Source of the DNA: the human T2T-CHM13v2.0 reference genome, Homo sapiens | Length of the DNA: 64,000 bases | Reading direction: 5' to 3' (one strand) | Assembly: GCF_009914755.1 (NCBI RefSeq) | Contig: NC_060947.1 | In this document: in pieces, positions 32,681-50,123 of the stretch | How the letters are laid out: each line of letters opens with the position of its first letter | Position numbering within the stretch: the first letter of the stretch is position 1 | Notes under the pieces: generated by a model | What the model was told of the DNA's origin: nothing | Databases searched by the model: none | What the model saw: the letters and a program-made list of their open reading frames with translations, nothing else | Translations under genes and position numbers: made by a program

Positions 32681-33027
32681 ATCCCAGAACGTTCCACTGA
32701 GAGGGTAACAGCTTGATTAAAGTACAAAGACTCCTTTCTCCCACCATTCCCAGCCAGCGACCCCAGAGAATAGACAACTCGGCATAGCTTACAGACTTGT
32801 GACCAGCTAGCACCACCCTCAGGGAAGCCAGCAGCATGGGTTGGAAGGACCTCAAGTCCCCAAGAAACTAATGAACAGAGCTCCTTGGGCTTTGTTCTAA
32901 TGTCCAAATTTACCACTGTGGTCCATACTGCTAAGCTGTGTCTTTCCACTCTTGCTGAGGTCTATCTGAATTTCATTCACCCCAACTTTCTTTTTTCCAG
33001 GCTCGCTCTGAGCAAATGAAATAAATA

Positions 33028-33422
33028 TAGTCATGCATCACGTAAGGACAGGTATATGTTCTGAGAAATGTGTCATTAGGCTATTTTGTCCTTGTGTGAA
33101 CATCATGGAGGTACTTACACAAACCTAGATGTATAGCCCACTGTACACCTAGGTTATAAGGTATAGCTTATGGTTCCCAGGATACAAACCCGAACAGTCT
33201 GTGGCTGTATTGAATACTGCGTGTAATTGTAGCACAATGGCACATATTTGTGTATCTAAACATATCTAAACATAGAAAAGGTAATGCCTTGTGCTTTGAT
33301 GTTACCATGGCTACAATGTCACTAGATGATAGGAATTTTTCAGCTACATTATAATCTTATGGCACCGCTGTCATACATGCAGTCCATTGTTGACCAAAAT
33401 GTCATTACAAGGAGCATGACTA
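33028..33422. mobile_element. Tigger3 (Golem) derivative
   Basis: TA-flanked inverted ends tagtcatgc...gcatgacta; ttctgagaaatgtgtcattagg internal motif. Confidence 0.8.
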
Positions 33423-33748
33423 TATATATATTCCATTTTCCAGTGATTTTTTATAAGATAATTTTTTTCTTTTTTTTTTCTCAGTGGATATAATAGTGGG
33501 TCAGGAGATAAGTATCTAGGACACTTAGCACCTTGCTATTATTATCGTTGCTATTGCCTACTGAGACTGTTCAGAAAAGGTCTGGTGGTTTCAGAAATAC
33601 ATCCTCTTTTATGACATTTATTTTTCTGAAACTTGCATTAGTTATCTGTAGATGTTTTTAATCATCTCTTCTAGACTGTCAAAGGTCAAGTCAAACATCC
33701 TTATATCCCAGGCCATACTCTGCTGTGCACTTAGTAAGTGCTCAATTA

Positions 33749-34116
<368 letters not shown>

Positions 34117-35004
34117 TCAGGAAGTTGCTGCCACCCAGGAACTGAAGCTCATGAGCAGATACTTACTGCTGATATTACCTGGACCACTGCTGCCACTGCA
34201 ACTCCACAGATAGAATGGCTTCTGCCTTCTTACTGCTTTCTAATCTAACATGACTGCCTCCTGTTGTCAGAACCCAACTGCAACCCAGCTGCCAAGGGAG
34301 TCTGGGAAATGTGTACTGTAGGCTTCCAGCCCTAGTGGTATAACACAGAAGGTTAGTATGGAGCTGAAGGACAACAGACATCTGGGATAGATGATCAGGT
34401 GAGTGCTGATTCCACTGAACCCCCTGCAGTGGAAGAGGTATGTAGGAGAAGAGCTGATCTCCACATTAGAACTTTGCTGCAGTCCCATCTTGGGGTCTGA
34501 GGCAGGAATTGCCTAGCAGCTGTCAGTCCTGACCACTTTGGAATAGCAGAGCCAAGTGGAGGCAGAGTTCCCTAGTCCCATCAGCAGTCACTGATGCCTC
34601 CTCACATGAGAGCCTGGGACTCTAGGGTGAGTCATCACCTCTTTCCTCAGAAGTTCATCACTTCAGTTAAAAGGCAGAGAGAAAAGTGGCAGATGGGAAC
34701 ACAGCAGGTGCAGTAATCCCAACCTACTGAAAATGTAAGTTCAAACCATTTAGCAATTTAGACCATAATGATCTTTTACTTTGCCCCCTTTCTACTGTTT
34801 CTGAGATTGGGAAGGTTGGCATTTATGGAGTGAATCTGGGAAGAGGAAAAAGCCGGATCTGATCCCATCCATATTTATTGAGCGGAATTATCTAGTCTGG
34901 TTGTCTCTACATAGCTTTATCTCATGAGATAACAATTACTGCTTTCCTTGACACTACTCATATGGATGTGGCTTTGTGGAACCAATTGTCTCTTGCTAAA
35001 GCAG

Positions 35005-35352
35005 TGGTAGACGCAGGAGGAAGATAAGGGAAGGGGTACCCAGAGAACCTGCGACTGGCCTGTGCCCTGGGAGAACAGGGTGGAGCCAGGGGAAGTTTAC
35101 GCTGTTTGCAGTGGGGAGGAGTCTGGCCTCTTCAGTTCCTGTGTGGTGGCCTGGGATTCAATCTGTGAGGTGGGGGGCCTGTCAGCAGGACTCCATCTCA
35201 CTTTACTGGGTTTTTTTTTTTTTTCATTTTTTCCCTTTTCACCCAATAAAATCCTGCTCTACTCACCCTTCAATGTGTCCACGTGCCTAAATTTTCCTCA
35301 TCGTGGGACAACCACCTGGTTTTAGCTGAACTAAGGAATAAAGTTCTGCAAC
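35005..35352 (+). mobile_element. MER61-like ERV1 solo LTR
   Basis: ~350 bp, aataaa signal, ends ttagctgaactaagg...ttctgcaaca. Confidence 0.7.
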
Positions 35353-35628
35353 AGTGGGGCAGGGAAAGCAGAACTAGGTATGGTTGCTCTGGCATTGACA
35401 GCAGAGATAGTTTTCCCTCTCTGTGTCTGCCTGTTGCCAAGCCTTGAACATAGGCTACAGAGCCCAAAGAGATTATGACAGAGCCTGGAGCAGTATGTGA
35501 CCAAGACACCCTTATTTGTCTTTGGCATACACCATTTTTGAAATAAATGAATAAAAAGAGATTTGAATTCCCCTCCCTTAACCAGAAATGTTTTACTCTG
35601 GTCTGTCAAGAGAGAAAAAAAATGTGTA

Positions 35629-36490
<862 letters not shown>

Positions 36491-36749
36491 ATCAAAACAT
36501 TCTATTTTCCTTAATGTTCCCTGAAGTTGAGGTATACTTCCTATTCACCTTTACGTTAAAGGAATAAATTCTTTGGGTGGGGGCTCCATATCGTTTCACT
36601 CCAGAAAGCACCATATTCACATTTTCAGTGAACATGTTGTAGACTACAGTATGAATGGAGGTGCTTTCTATTGTTCTATTGTTGGGCAACATGGTGGTAC
36701 TGCCTGCAGGGTCCCAGTGTTATAGAAGAAGGGTTTCCTATTAAATGTT

Positions 36750-37530
36750 CCACTTTGTGTGTGCCCTGATCATAGTCATCTCTTCTTTGCACTCCTTGAG
36801 ACAAGAAGTTCAAAAAATTAGGTAATGTTGTTATAACAAAACTTCTTTCATTACTATTTACTTATTTATGTGGATAATTTTTCTCAACACTTTCATCTAC
36901 AAAAATGAAAAATAGGGATAATTGATGTTCAACGTGTCTCATTTTAGCAATAAATACTAGTCATCCATGGATACATAGACTATTAAAAAAGCCCATCCAA
37001 CTTATAAGCAATGTGTTTTAATTTTTAAAATCTGTAATAAATTTATGTAGTTTTGATCAACTGGGTATGACTAATTATTATAATGATAACTTAATCTAGA
37101 AGAACAATTATTTAACACTTGGAGCCTTTTGATCACAGAAAATTAAACACTTATTTTAATTTTCAATATATCTATATTTGTATATACCTATGTACACATA
37201 CATATGTAAACACATATTTTTGCTTTCGTAGAAGTATGATAGGATGATTAATAAAAGGTTTTTAAACCTAAAATATATTACATTAGCATAACATTTCGTG
37301 GAGGAGGTGAAATAGAATTATGACTTCTAGGAGAGAAAGGAATAATATAACATATCCAGCTGTTAAAGAAGAGCTTGTTCGAGTATTTACAAAAATTGAC
37401 AATGGTGGATATTAAACCACTACAGAATTTAGTGGTGGATATTAATCACTACAGAATTTAGCAACCATTGGATACATTTGATAAAATAATGTATATTTCA
37501 TTTTAAAATTTCAATTTTAAAATGTTGGAA
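36750..37530 (+). mobile_element. hAT-Charlie transposon 3' fragment
   Basis: Degenerate hAT dimerisation-domain coding (K LL...TYLC...FS.L...KMKN) followed by AT-rich UTR. Confidence 0.55.
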
Positions 37531-38241
37531 ATTGTATCCTGTGATGGAAATTTCTGGCTGTCCCCCAAAATCTATTCTCTCCATTATAGTAACTGATATA
37601 CTGCTACCCAAGTAGGGACTAAATTTCCTAGTCTCCCTTTGTTACCAATGGAAGGCGTCCAGGTTCTTGGCATTTTGAACAAAGAATTGGACAAAATACA
37701 CAAACAAAGCAAGGAAAGAATGAAGCAACAAAAGCAGAGATTTCTTGAAAATGAAAGCACACTCCACAGGATGGGAATGGGCCTCAGCAAGCGTCTCAAG
37801 GGCTTGGTTACAGAATTTTCTGGGGTTTAAATACCCTCTAGAGGTTTCCATTGGTTACTGAGTGTACACACTATGTAAATGAAGAGGATGAAGTAAAGTT
37901 ACAATGTCATTTACTTGGTGTACAACCTATGTAAATGAAGAGGATAGTTCCTGTCATAGCTGACTTGGTCTTAGACAGTTGGGGTTTTTCCGTTTAATTT
38001 AGTTCTAGGAAGTCCTTAGGTTCCCTGACCCCGGACCCTATTCTCCTGCCTCATTTCCCCCCTGAGAGACATGATCCCCATAAATCTTCATGGGACGCAG
38101 AGGGACCGATCGTCTTTCTTCTGCAACTGCTTCATGCTGGTTTGGAGCGTAGTCCCTACCTACTGGGGATCAGGGAACTCTCACCCTGCTCTGTCTAGTG
38201 GAGATAGGGTAGCTCCTTGATGGCCAGGGGTGGTGTCTTCA

Positions 38242-38792
<551 letters not shown>

Positions 38793-39726
38793 TCAGTACA
38801 AAACAATGGCCTCCCAGAATTTTGTTTCAAAAAAATTGCCCCTTTTTGGTCTGATTCTCACTTGGGTGAGAGTGTGACCAAAACTTAGGGCCTTAGCATC
38901 ACTCTCAGTTACCATCGTTTTGGGTTTCTCAACTCAGCATGTCATTCATAGGTTACAGCGTCCTCCTGGTCACACATTTCTTTCAGCTCTTGTCATTCCA
39001 GTTGAAGAAAGACCAATTTGACATTCTAGACATCTCTAGAATGCATACAAACATTTAAAACCTTTGAGAAAATACAGCTAACAAGGTAGACTATTATTAT
39101 GACTATCAGGAGGATAATAATAAGAGTTTGGAGTTTGATCCTTACCCAGGGTCCCCATAATCCAAACCATCTAAAATCAAATAGATCAAAGAACGAGCTA
39201 GATAAAGAGTCTACTCACTTAACTAAGCAATCTCTTCATTAATCCCCTACCACTGAATCTCTATCATTTTCATTTGATGTATTTCTCCATAGGCCACAAG
39301 TGCCAGCAGCTGCACAGATACTTCTTTATTCAGCCAATTCTATCATAACTTTCACAAAAGAATTTAAAGTCTGTTGTGTAACTATAGCCTTTACGGTAGA
39401 TGTTCTCAGAAGATCCACTCTTTGGGTTTGAGATTGTGAAGGGGTTGATTGTCCTCCATGAACCATAAAAACCTTTGTTTACCTGGTGAAAATACAAAGT
39501 AGCATAATAATCTACTGTTATAACATCAGCCAGAGCGAGACTCCATCTCAAAAAAAAAAACAAAAAAAAAAAAGAAAAAAAAAAACAGAAAATGACAGTT
39601 GAATGAAATCCCTTTGTAAATGTTTAAGTGGCCCACCCATCAGATAGCCAAATGTACCTGAAGCTTTGATTGTCTTCCCAGGAATATGGATTTGACAAAC
39701 CAAACATTGGTTATAAACTATTTTAG

Positions 39727-40022
39727 TCTGCGTATGGTGGCTCACACCTGTAGTCCCAGCACTTTGGGAGGCCAAGGTGAGTGGATCACTTGAGGTCAGG
39801 AGTTCGAGACCAGCATGGCCAACATGGTGAAATGCTGTCTCTACTAAAAATACAAAAATTAGCTGGGTATGGTGGCACATGCCTGTAATCTCAGCTACTC
39901 AGGAGGCTGAGGCAGGAGAATCACTTGAACCTGGGAGGTGGAGGTTGCATTAAGCTGGGATCATGCCATTGCACTCCAGCCTGGCAACACAGTGAGACTT
40001 CACCCCCCAACCAAAACAAAAA
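39727..40022 (+). mobile_element. AluS in provirus
   Basis: TSD aaactatttt. Confidence 0.93.
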
Positions 40023-42582
40023 ACTATTTTGGCAACTTATACGTCACCACACCAATATGTATTTAATTTGGAACCTTTAATAACAAAAGTTTCAGTGGCT
40101 GTCCTGGTTCTCCATGAATCTATGCTTAACATTGGACTTATGTTCACTTGAATCACTTGCTAAAATATAACCTGAAGAAGATTAAATATTATTTTTTATT
40201 TTGACAATGCTTCCCATGTAACTTAACATGTCAAATAATCCTGCTTACCTCTCTTTTGGATGCTTCAGGGGCCCTCTGTAGCATCTCAAAGTTAGAGGTC
40301 AGAAAATACAATCTTGAAGCTGAAATTTGATTTTGGGAAGCCTATTAAATATGTTAAATGTTTAAAATACTTCATATTATGACATATTGAGATGAATTAA
40401 GAATATTCACAAATAGTTTACAAATTTTGGAGAAATTAGGCAGAGAAAGAGAAATATGACACAACTTCTATTTACAAAAGTATACTTAATCCTTAAGTCC
40501 AGCATTATCACCATACATCCTGTGCAATCAAGAAATTCACTCTAGGCACATGACCAATAAGTACTACAGTGCCAGCACTATCCATGCAAAACAGTAAACA
40601 TAGTGTGAAGCAATGCAAGCATGTATGTGAAATTTGGCTCCACACTTAGTGGAGCTGGCTTCATGCTTAACTATATTAAAAAAAGAATTGCCAAACTGAT
40701 GATGCATTTCTTTACAATATTTCTTGTTTTACTTTAATCAAGACTAAGAGGTTTAACTATGAAAATGTTAATTAGCCAAATGTCTCCAATTCTCTATCAG
40801 GTTTTAAGGAATATTTTATTATCTAAACTTTTTCCATAATTTTAGAAACATATTTCCCCATATCGTAACCCTTTTTTTATTGGAAATTACCTAGATATTC
40901 AATGAGCATCAAAAATAGTTTCAAGATTATAACTTACACAAAAAGTTTACCTAAAACATTTATCTCATTTACCATACTCAATTCTTTCATTTTTAACAGT
41001 TTATCTAGATTACTTCTATAAACTGAAATATTAGACACTATCATTGTTTTTAATAGCCATTGAACATCAGGTGCTCACCTAATCCTAAGTAAGAGTCTCA
41101 AAGTTAAATACATAGGTATTTTTGCCAGTAACTCAGAAGATTTAGCTAACATTAAATTACTCTCATTTGTCAAAAAAAAAAAAAAAGGGCATGCAAACCA
41201 AGATAATTTCATTTTGACTGGGTTAGTAGCTTTATAACCTTCTATGCCCAACATTGACATCTCAAAACACCTAGCAAAGACAAACATAAAATCCAGACAA
41301 AAATGTATGCTGACAATTCTGTAGGTATTTCTATTTTTATTTTACCAATAATTTTAAAACCAGCTTGTTTAGTAAAGTTATACTTAAGTCACATGAACTT
41401 GAAAATTGCTTAGACTTATTTACTTAATTTATGAGTACTCTTACTTATAAGCCAATTTGGTAGATGCAATATATAACAATAAGTATACATACAACTAAAC
41501 ACATCTAGACATGTATACACACACACACAAATGAAGATCCAATAGCTTTTACCTTTGAACTCTAGCCATGAGATAGCAATACAGGCTTAACAGTTTTACT
41601 TTGTTTGCCCTAATAGATAATCCAATAAAGGCTCTGAACCAAAATTTTGGGTAAAGCAGTTTCCATGGCAGTTTCATTTGTAAAGGCCAAACCTCCCCAG
41701 ACTGCAAAGAACACTGGGGACAAATAGTACCAAAGGAGAGCATCACACATAAACCAGGCCCTGCTTAGAACAGCAGCACAAAAGCCTGGATACATGCAAC
41801 TCCATCCCACTTTCCATTCAACAGCAAATTCCAGATTCTAAACAATATGGGAGCCAAACAATATTGCAACTGTGAGAGAAAATTCTAAGGAGGGCTTAGT
41901 ACTAGGCCTCAGAATCTCTGCCGAGGGCATCCTCTTTGGGGAGGTTGAGATCTGGAGGATCCCCTGGGGTGTCCCCCTTTGGGGTCCAATTTTCTAGTGT
42001 CAGAAATCTCTAACCTTAGGTGGGGTGGGCACTGGTGCCACTTTGCATGCATTCCCTCCAGAGGCAACGGCCTACTATGAGCTTTCCTTTGGTTCCTGGG
42101 TGTAATCCCGACTTTTAGCATCCTTATAATTTGATAAGGCCACACTTTCCCGTGTTTCCCATTCACTAGAGTGATAGCCATGAACTGTAATGACAGGAAT
42201 TGGAGGCTGGGTAAGTTTCCTTTGTCCTTAGCCAACTGAGTAGCCGAAGGGAAGAATTTAGCGTAAGAAAAGAAGGTTTAAGTCACCTGAAATGCGTGTG
42301 AGGTCCCCCTGGGGGAGCGACTCCACAAGTAGGGATCAGGGACCAAAACTGGAAAAGTCAGAAAAGAGTCCTTCCCCTTTCTGGGCAGGGCAACTACCCT
42401 GTTTCACTCCTTGGCCTTCAGGCAACACTGGAGAGTGGCCCCAGCCAGAAACCTGCAGTTGCCTCCATGTTTAGGCGCTGCCCACCAAGGGTCCTGAGTT
42501 GGAAAGGAAGAGAGAGAGAGAGTTTCCCTTGTACAGAGCAGAAAGAAAGAGGAGAAAAATAAATCCCAAACTTTGGGCTTAT

Positions 42583-42600
42583 CTCCTGGCTGGCTCACTA
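42583..42600 (-). promoter_or_regulatory. Primer binding site, tRNA-Arg
   Basis: TAGTGAGCCAGCCAGGAG vs Arg PBS TGGCGAGCCAGCCAGGAG (16/18), next to the 5' LTR. Confidence 0.85.
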
Positions 42601-43032
42601 AAATATGTACCAGTGGAGGGTGTCCAGGTTCTTGGCGTTTTTAACAAAGAATTGGACAATACACACAAACAAAGCAAGGAAAGAATGAAGCAACAAAAGC
42701 AGAGATTTATTGAAAATGAAAGCACACTTCACAGGATGGGACTGGGTCTAAGCAAGCAGCTCAAGGGCCTAGTTACGGAATTCTCTGGGATTTAAATACC
42801 CTCTAGAGGTTTCCACTGGTTACTTGGTATACGCCCTATGTCAATGAAGAGGATGAAGTAAGTTACAAAGTCATTTACTCCGTGTATGCCCCCTATGTAA
42901 ATAAAGAGGATATTTCCTGTCGTAGCTGACTTAGTCTTAGAGAGTTGGAGTTTTTCCATTTAATTTAGTTCTAGGAATTCCTTAGATTCCCTGCCCCCAG
43001 TCCCTATTCTCCTGCCTCACCTTGAAACTAGA

Positions 43033-43493
43033 TGTTGAAAAAGAAAAGAAACTTTTTATCTGAGGAATATGAGCCCCTTTAAATTATCAAGTCCAGAGAG
43101 GCAGTGAAATATGACAGTAGTCACATCTCACTCTGTTTGAGATAAGTAATCACCTCTTGAAGTCACTTGCTATGTGGGTTCTAGACTGACGGATGCCAAG
43201 TAGCCATAAATTAACCTAACAATGCCATATTCTGGACACCATAACTCATACCTTGTAGTTCAACAATGTATAGCTAATTACTAATCAATGTTATTTCTGT
43301 AAACCAATGAGATTCCTATCAAACAACTTTATATCAACCCACTCTTTGTTTCCTTTTGCCTTTAAAATCCTACTTGTAACAAAATCGAAACAGAGTACTT
43401 CCCAGTGTTTCCTGGGCCGCAGTCCTCAACCTTGGCCCAAATAGACTCTCTACTTGTATTAATTTTGCTTGAGTTTATTTCTTTAGGTCAACA
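43033..43493 (+). mobile_element. ERV1-class solo LTR (MER4 group, family uncertain)
   Basis: tgttg...ctttaggtcaaca termini; CCAAT, TATA-like and polyA-like motifs. Confidence 0.65.
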
Positions 43494-44262
43494 ATGTGAC
43501 CATAGGTCTGAGTTCTCATCAGTAGAATTTGAGCAGAAATAATGAGTACAAGTCTATTGCTTAAGAGACAGTTCCTGGCCCTGGATGATTCCTCCTTCTC
43601 CTGTTCCACTGGCTAGAATGAAAATGACTACAGTGACCTTGGAATTCTCATATTAAACATGGCAGATCTGTCAGAAGCCTGGATCACTGTCTGACTATGT
43701 GGAAACCTAGAAGCCTCAGGTTACAATGTGACATGAGAGAAACAGACTTCTCTGTTTTTTAAGCCTCTAAATTTGATAGAGCCTTTTTGTTACAGCAGCT
43801 AGGCCTGCCTTAACTACCACGACAGTTAGTACCATGAAAGTGGAGCACTACTATAACAAAAACCTAAATTTTATAGCACTTGCTTAATTCTCAGGCAGTG
43901 AGTGATGAAGAAATAGTGTGAGCCAGAAAGCTGGGAACCTCAAGATAACTGGTAAAACTGTTACCTATATTATTTAATAACTTAGAAGACAGACCACATG
44001 CCTACCAGTAGCTCTCTGGTAAGATCCTGAATGCTAACTGGTAGTGGTTTAGCAAGGTATTACAAGAAAGAGATAAGCTCAGGCAAGAATTGGTCAGTTT
44101 GCAAACAGAAGTGAAAGAGAATACAGAGAATCTTTATATTAAAAGCCTGACGGGATTGGAAAATCTAATTGTTTCTGGACCCAAGAGGTAAGCCTCTTAT
44201 TCAAAGTTTATTTCAATACGTAAGCAAAATATTTATGGGGAAAAAAAAGAAAACAAAGTTCA

Positions 44263-45513
44263 TTAGGTTGGTGCAAACGTAATCACGGTTTTTGCATTGT
44301 TGAAATTTGCCATTTGATATTGGAATACATTCTTAAATAAATGTGGTTATGTTACACATCATTTTAAGGCACTTTTTTTTGCTTTTTTTGGTAATGACTT
44401 ACTGATTGCTGTTTATTTAATATTTATTTTAGACTATGAAAATGATGTTAGACAAAAAGCAAATTCGAGCAATTTTATTCAAATGGGTCATAAAGCAGTG
44501 GAGACAACTCACATCAACAACGCATTTGGCCTAGGAACTGCTAAGGAATGTATAGTGCAGTGGTGGTTCAAGAAGTTTTGCAAAGGAGACAAGAGCCTTG
44601 AAGATGAGGCACATAGTCACCAGCTATTGGAAGTTGAGAACAAATTGAGAGCAATCATCGAAGCCGATCCTCTTACAAACTACACAAGAAGTTGCCAAAG
44701 AACTCAACATCGACCATTCTATGGTCGTTTGGCATTTGAAACAAATTGGAAAGGTGAAAAAGCTCAATAAGTGGGTGCCTCATGAGCTGAGTGAAAAAAA
44801 AATCGTCGTTGTGAAATGTCATCTTCTCTTATTCTATGCAACAATGAACCATTTCTTGACCCGATTGTGATGTGCGACAAAAAGTGGATTTTATACGACA
44901 ACCAGTGATGACAGCTCAGTGGTTGGACCAAAAAGAAGCTTCAAAACACTTCCCAAAGCCAAACTTGCACCAAAAAAAGGTCATGGTCTCTGTTTGGTGG
45001 TCTGCCGCTGGTCTGATCCACTACAGCTTTCTGAATCCTGGCAAAACGATTACATCTGAGAAGTATGCTCAGCAAATTGATGAGATGGACTGAAAACTGC
45101 AATGCCTGCAGCTGGCATTCGTCAACAGAAAGGGCCCAATTCTCCACAACAACACCCGACTGCACATCACACAACCAATGCTTCAAAAGTTGAATGAATT
45201 GGGCTATGAAGTTTTGCCTCATCTGCCATATTCACCTGACCTCTCACCAACTGACTGCTATTTCTTCAAGCATCTCAACAACTTTTGGCAGGGAAAATGC
45301 TTCCACAACCAGCAGGATGCAGAAAATACTTTCCAAGAGTTTGTCAGATCCTGAAGCATGGATTTTTATGCTACAGGAAAGAACAAACTTCTTTCTCGTT
45401 GGCAAAAAGGTGTTGATTGTAATGGTTCTTATTTTGATGAACAAAAATGTGTTTGAGCCTAGTTATAATGATTTAAAATTCATGGTCTGAAACCACAATT
45501 TGCATCAACCTAA
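44263..45513 (+). mobile_element. HSMAR1 mariner, near full length, transposase disrupted
   Basis: TIRs ttaggttggtgcaaa... / ...ttgcatcaacctaa|ta; MMLDKKQIRAI start, WVPHEL and YSPDLSP motifs; frameshifts. Confidence 0.96.
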
Positions 45514-45787
45514 TATTTCAAGACTCATTGAAACCTCCATGTCAAGCTTAAGACAAACAATGGATCCAGCACTGAGGTAAGAATCAGATTATGATAATCA
45601 CCCCTCCCCCCACAGAGTCTATTGTTTCATATCACATCAAGTTAGCTGCCTTTAATAAGAGATGAGAGTCATGGAAACAATAAGGAAGCAAAGAGTAAAG
45701 CAGATCTAAGAATTATGTCCAGGAAATTACTTTGATTGTGGATCCTGCCATATAAAAGTGACTGGAAGCAAACTAAATGGACACCTA

Positions 45788-46600
<813 letters not shown>

Positions 46601-47317
46601 AGTTGTGAAAATCATACAGCTCCCATGAAGGTTATTTCCTCAACTCCTTCTTCACATGTAATGATGGGGAATAATGGACAAAGAAGAACATCCCAGAGAG
46701 CAAAGCCAGGCTCCCCAGAGGATAGTGGTCAAGATAATTTTTTTTTCCATCAGCAGAATCCAGGACAGTCAGATAATCTGGTCAAGGAATTTAATCTACT
46801 GTCAGGGCTGGGAGTCTTTGCATTTCCTGCTAAGTGGGCTTAACAATCACTATGGACCAATGACTACTAGTGTTTCTAATTCTTCTTTTTCCAAATAGGA
46901 CTTTCCTTATGGTTATCCTCTCCCACATCACCACTGGATATTGGGGAGGGAGGGAACAAATAACTAGTCTTTAAGTTTGTAGATCTACGGACCACGAGGA
47001 GAGCCACACTCACTAAAACCCAGTCTCCCTTCTTCCATAACAATAGAGTTGTAGCTCAGATGTGGCTGCCCAGCCTGCAACTATAATTCCCAGCCTCCGT
47101 TGCAGGAAAGCCATGGTCATGTGACAAAGATTTCTCCAAGGGAATGTGAGCGGAAGTGATATAGCAACTTGAGCTTCCCTTGCTTAAGAGAAATTCCCTG
47201 GCCATGGGATTCTGCTCTTTCTTTCTGCTGTCTAGAATAGTAACCACTAGAGTGATCTTAGAAGTCACATGTTGAGGATGAACCAGTCTGAAAGTTGAAA
47301 CCATTATATAAGAGATT

Positions 47318-48334
<1,017 letters not shown>

Positions 48335-48908
48335 TGTATAAAGTGAAGTAGAGGTTCCTCTTCAAAGACTTTCCTCCCCATTTAATTAGGAATAAATAGT
48401 AACTTCTCTTAGAAGCAAAATTTATTCAAAGACCTCTGCTAACATTCTTAAATATCTGCTAGCCATGGTAAAGAAATCAATATACTTTATGTTCTTAGCT
48501 CCCACAATTTAGCCTAAGTATTTGTCCTGGCATGCTTATACTGGTCCAAGCAAGCGTTAGGTCATAGCCTGTTCCTCTTCCTTATTTGAAGGTGTTTTTA
48601 CTTTTCTCAGCATTCCACAAGTTACTTCCTCCTTCCTTTGTTCTCCTCTGCCTTTGCCTCTTTTAAAAAGTTCTGAGTTGCTAGCCAATCGGGACAAATA
48701 CAGAGTGTAAGGTCCCGTTCCAGCCAATGGAAACCGGACACAGCAGTAGCGTGGACATGGCAGGTTATAAATGTTTGGTGTACTCTCGTGGCAAAACTGC
48801 TGGCAAGTGTACCCTTTCTGCAAGAAGTAAAAATGGCCTTGCTGAGAAAATTAAATTTATGTTCAAGTGCTATTTCTTTATGGCACCGGGGAAAAAGCAT
48901 TTCAAAGA
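48335..48908 (+). mobile_element. LTR10-family (HERV-I) solo LTR, LTR10A-like
   Basis: tgtataaagtgaagtagaggttcctcttcaaagac...gttcaagtgctatttctttatggcaccgggg; imperfect 5-bp TSD ggctc/gactc. Confidence 0.75.
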
Positions 48909-49742
48909 GACTCCTTAGGCCCATCCTGGGACTATATTAACTTCTTTATTCTTTAAACTACTAAATGTTGGGGACCTCTTTGTTATAACATGTAGCCTTT
49001 CACCATAACTAACATACATAATTAGCAACTGTTTAAAGTTATAATGAAAAATATGAGAAAACTTCCAAATGTATGAAAAGGTAAATAGTTTGTTTAAAAA
49101 CGCTTTTTTCTTTTAAGGAGTCATAAACGAAAAAAGTTTAGACTCCTAGAATAGTTTACACTTGATTGTCTATACTTCTTCACCTTCTAGTCACTCACCA
49201 ACCTATTGTACCTTGCTCCCTCCCTCTCCAGAAAGAGAAGATGGAGATTCCAAAGAGGTTGATATATCAATCACTTGCTCTGCCCAGAGCAACCTCTAGA
49301 TATATCCATTGACTTCTCTGCCCATAGTCCCTTCTAAGGGAACCTACCCCACCTTCAGCTCCTATTGAGACAGCTTCCTATTTTGTTCCATATGACCTAG
49401 TGTGCCCCCTTCCCTACCACCAACCATGATGATAGCAGACTTGGCCAGGGTGGGCACCTGACCAATGAGTGATAGTCAATCCATAGGTAGACCAGGAACC
49501 TATGATGTAGCCTGGCCCAAAAGCCAAACTGGCTTTATCATATTACCTCTCTTGGGTATCTGAACTGGAAAACATGAAACAGATGGCAAAGGAAGCTAAA
49601 GATGAGCACATGTTTAGAGAAAGGCCATGAATTACTGCTGGGACCATTAAGGGTCAGAACAAACTCAGATTACAAAGAAGCATAAACTGTGAATTGGCAA
49701 AAGCTAGGAGTTAGAGCTATGCAGAAAAGAAGAAAGGAGTAA

Positions 49743-50123
<381 letters not shown>

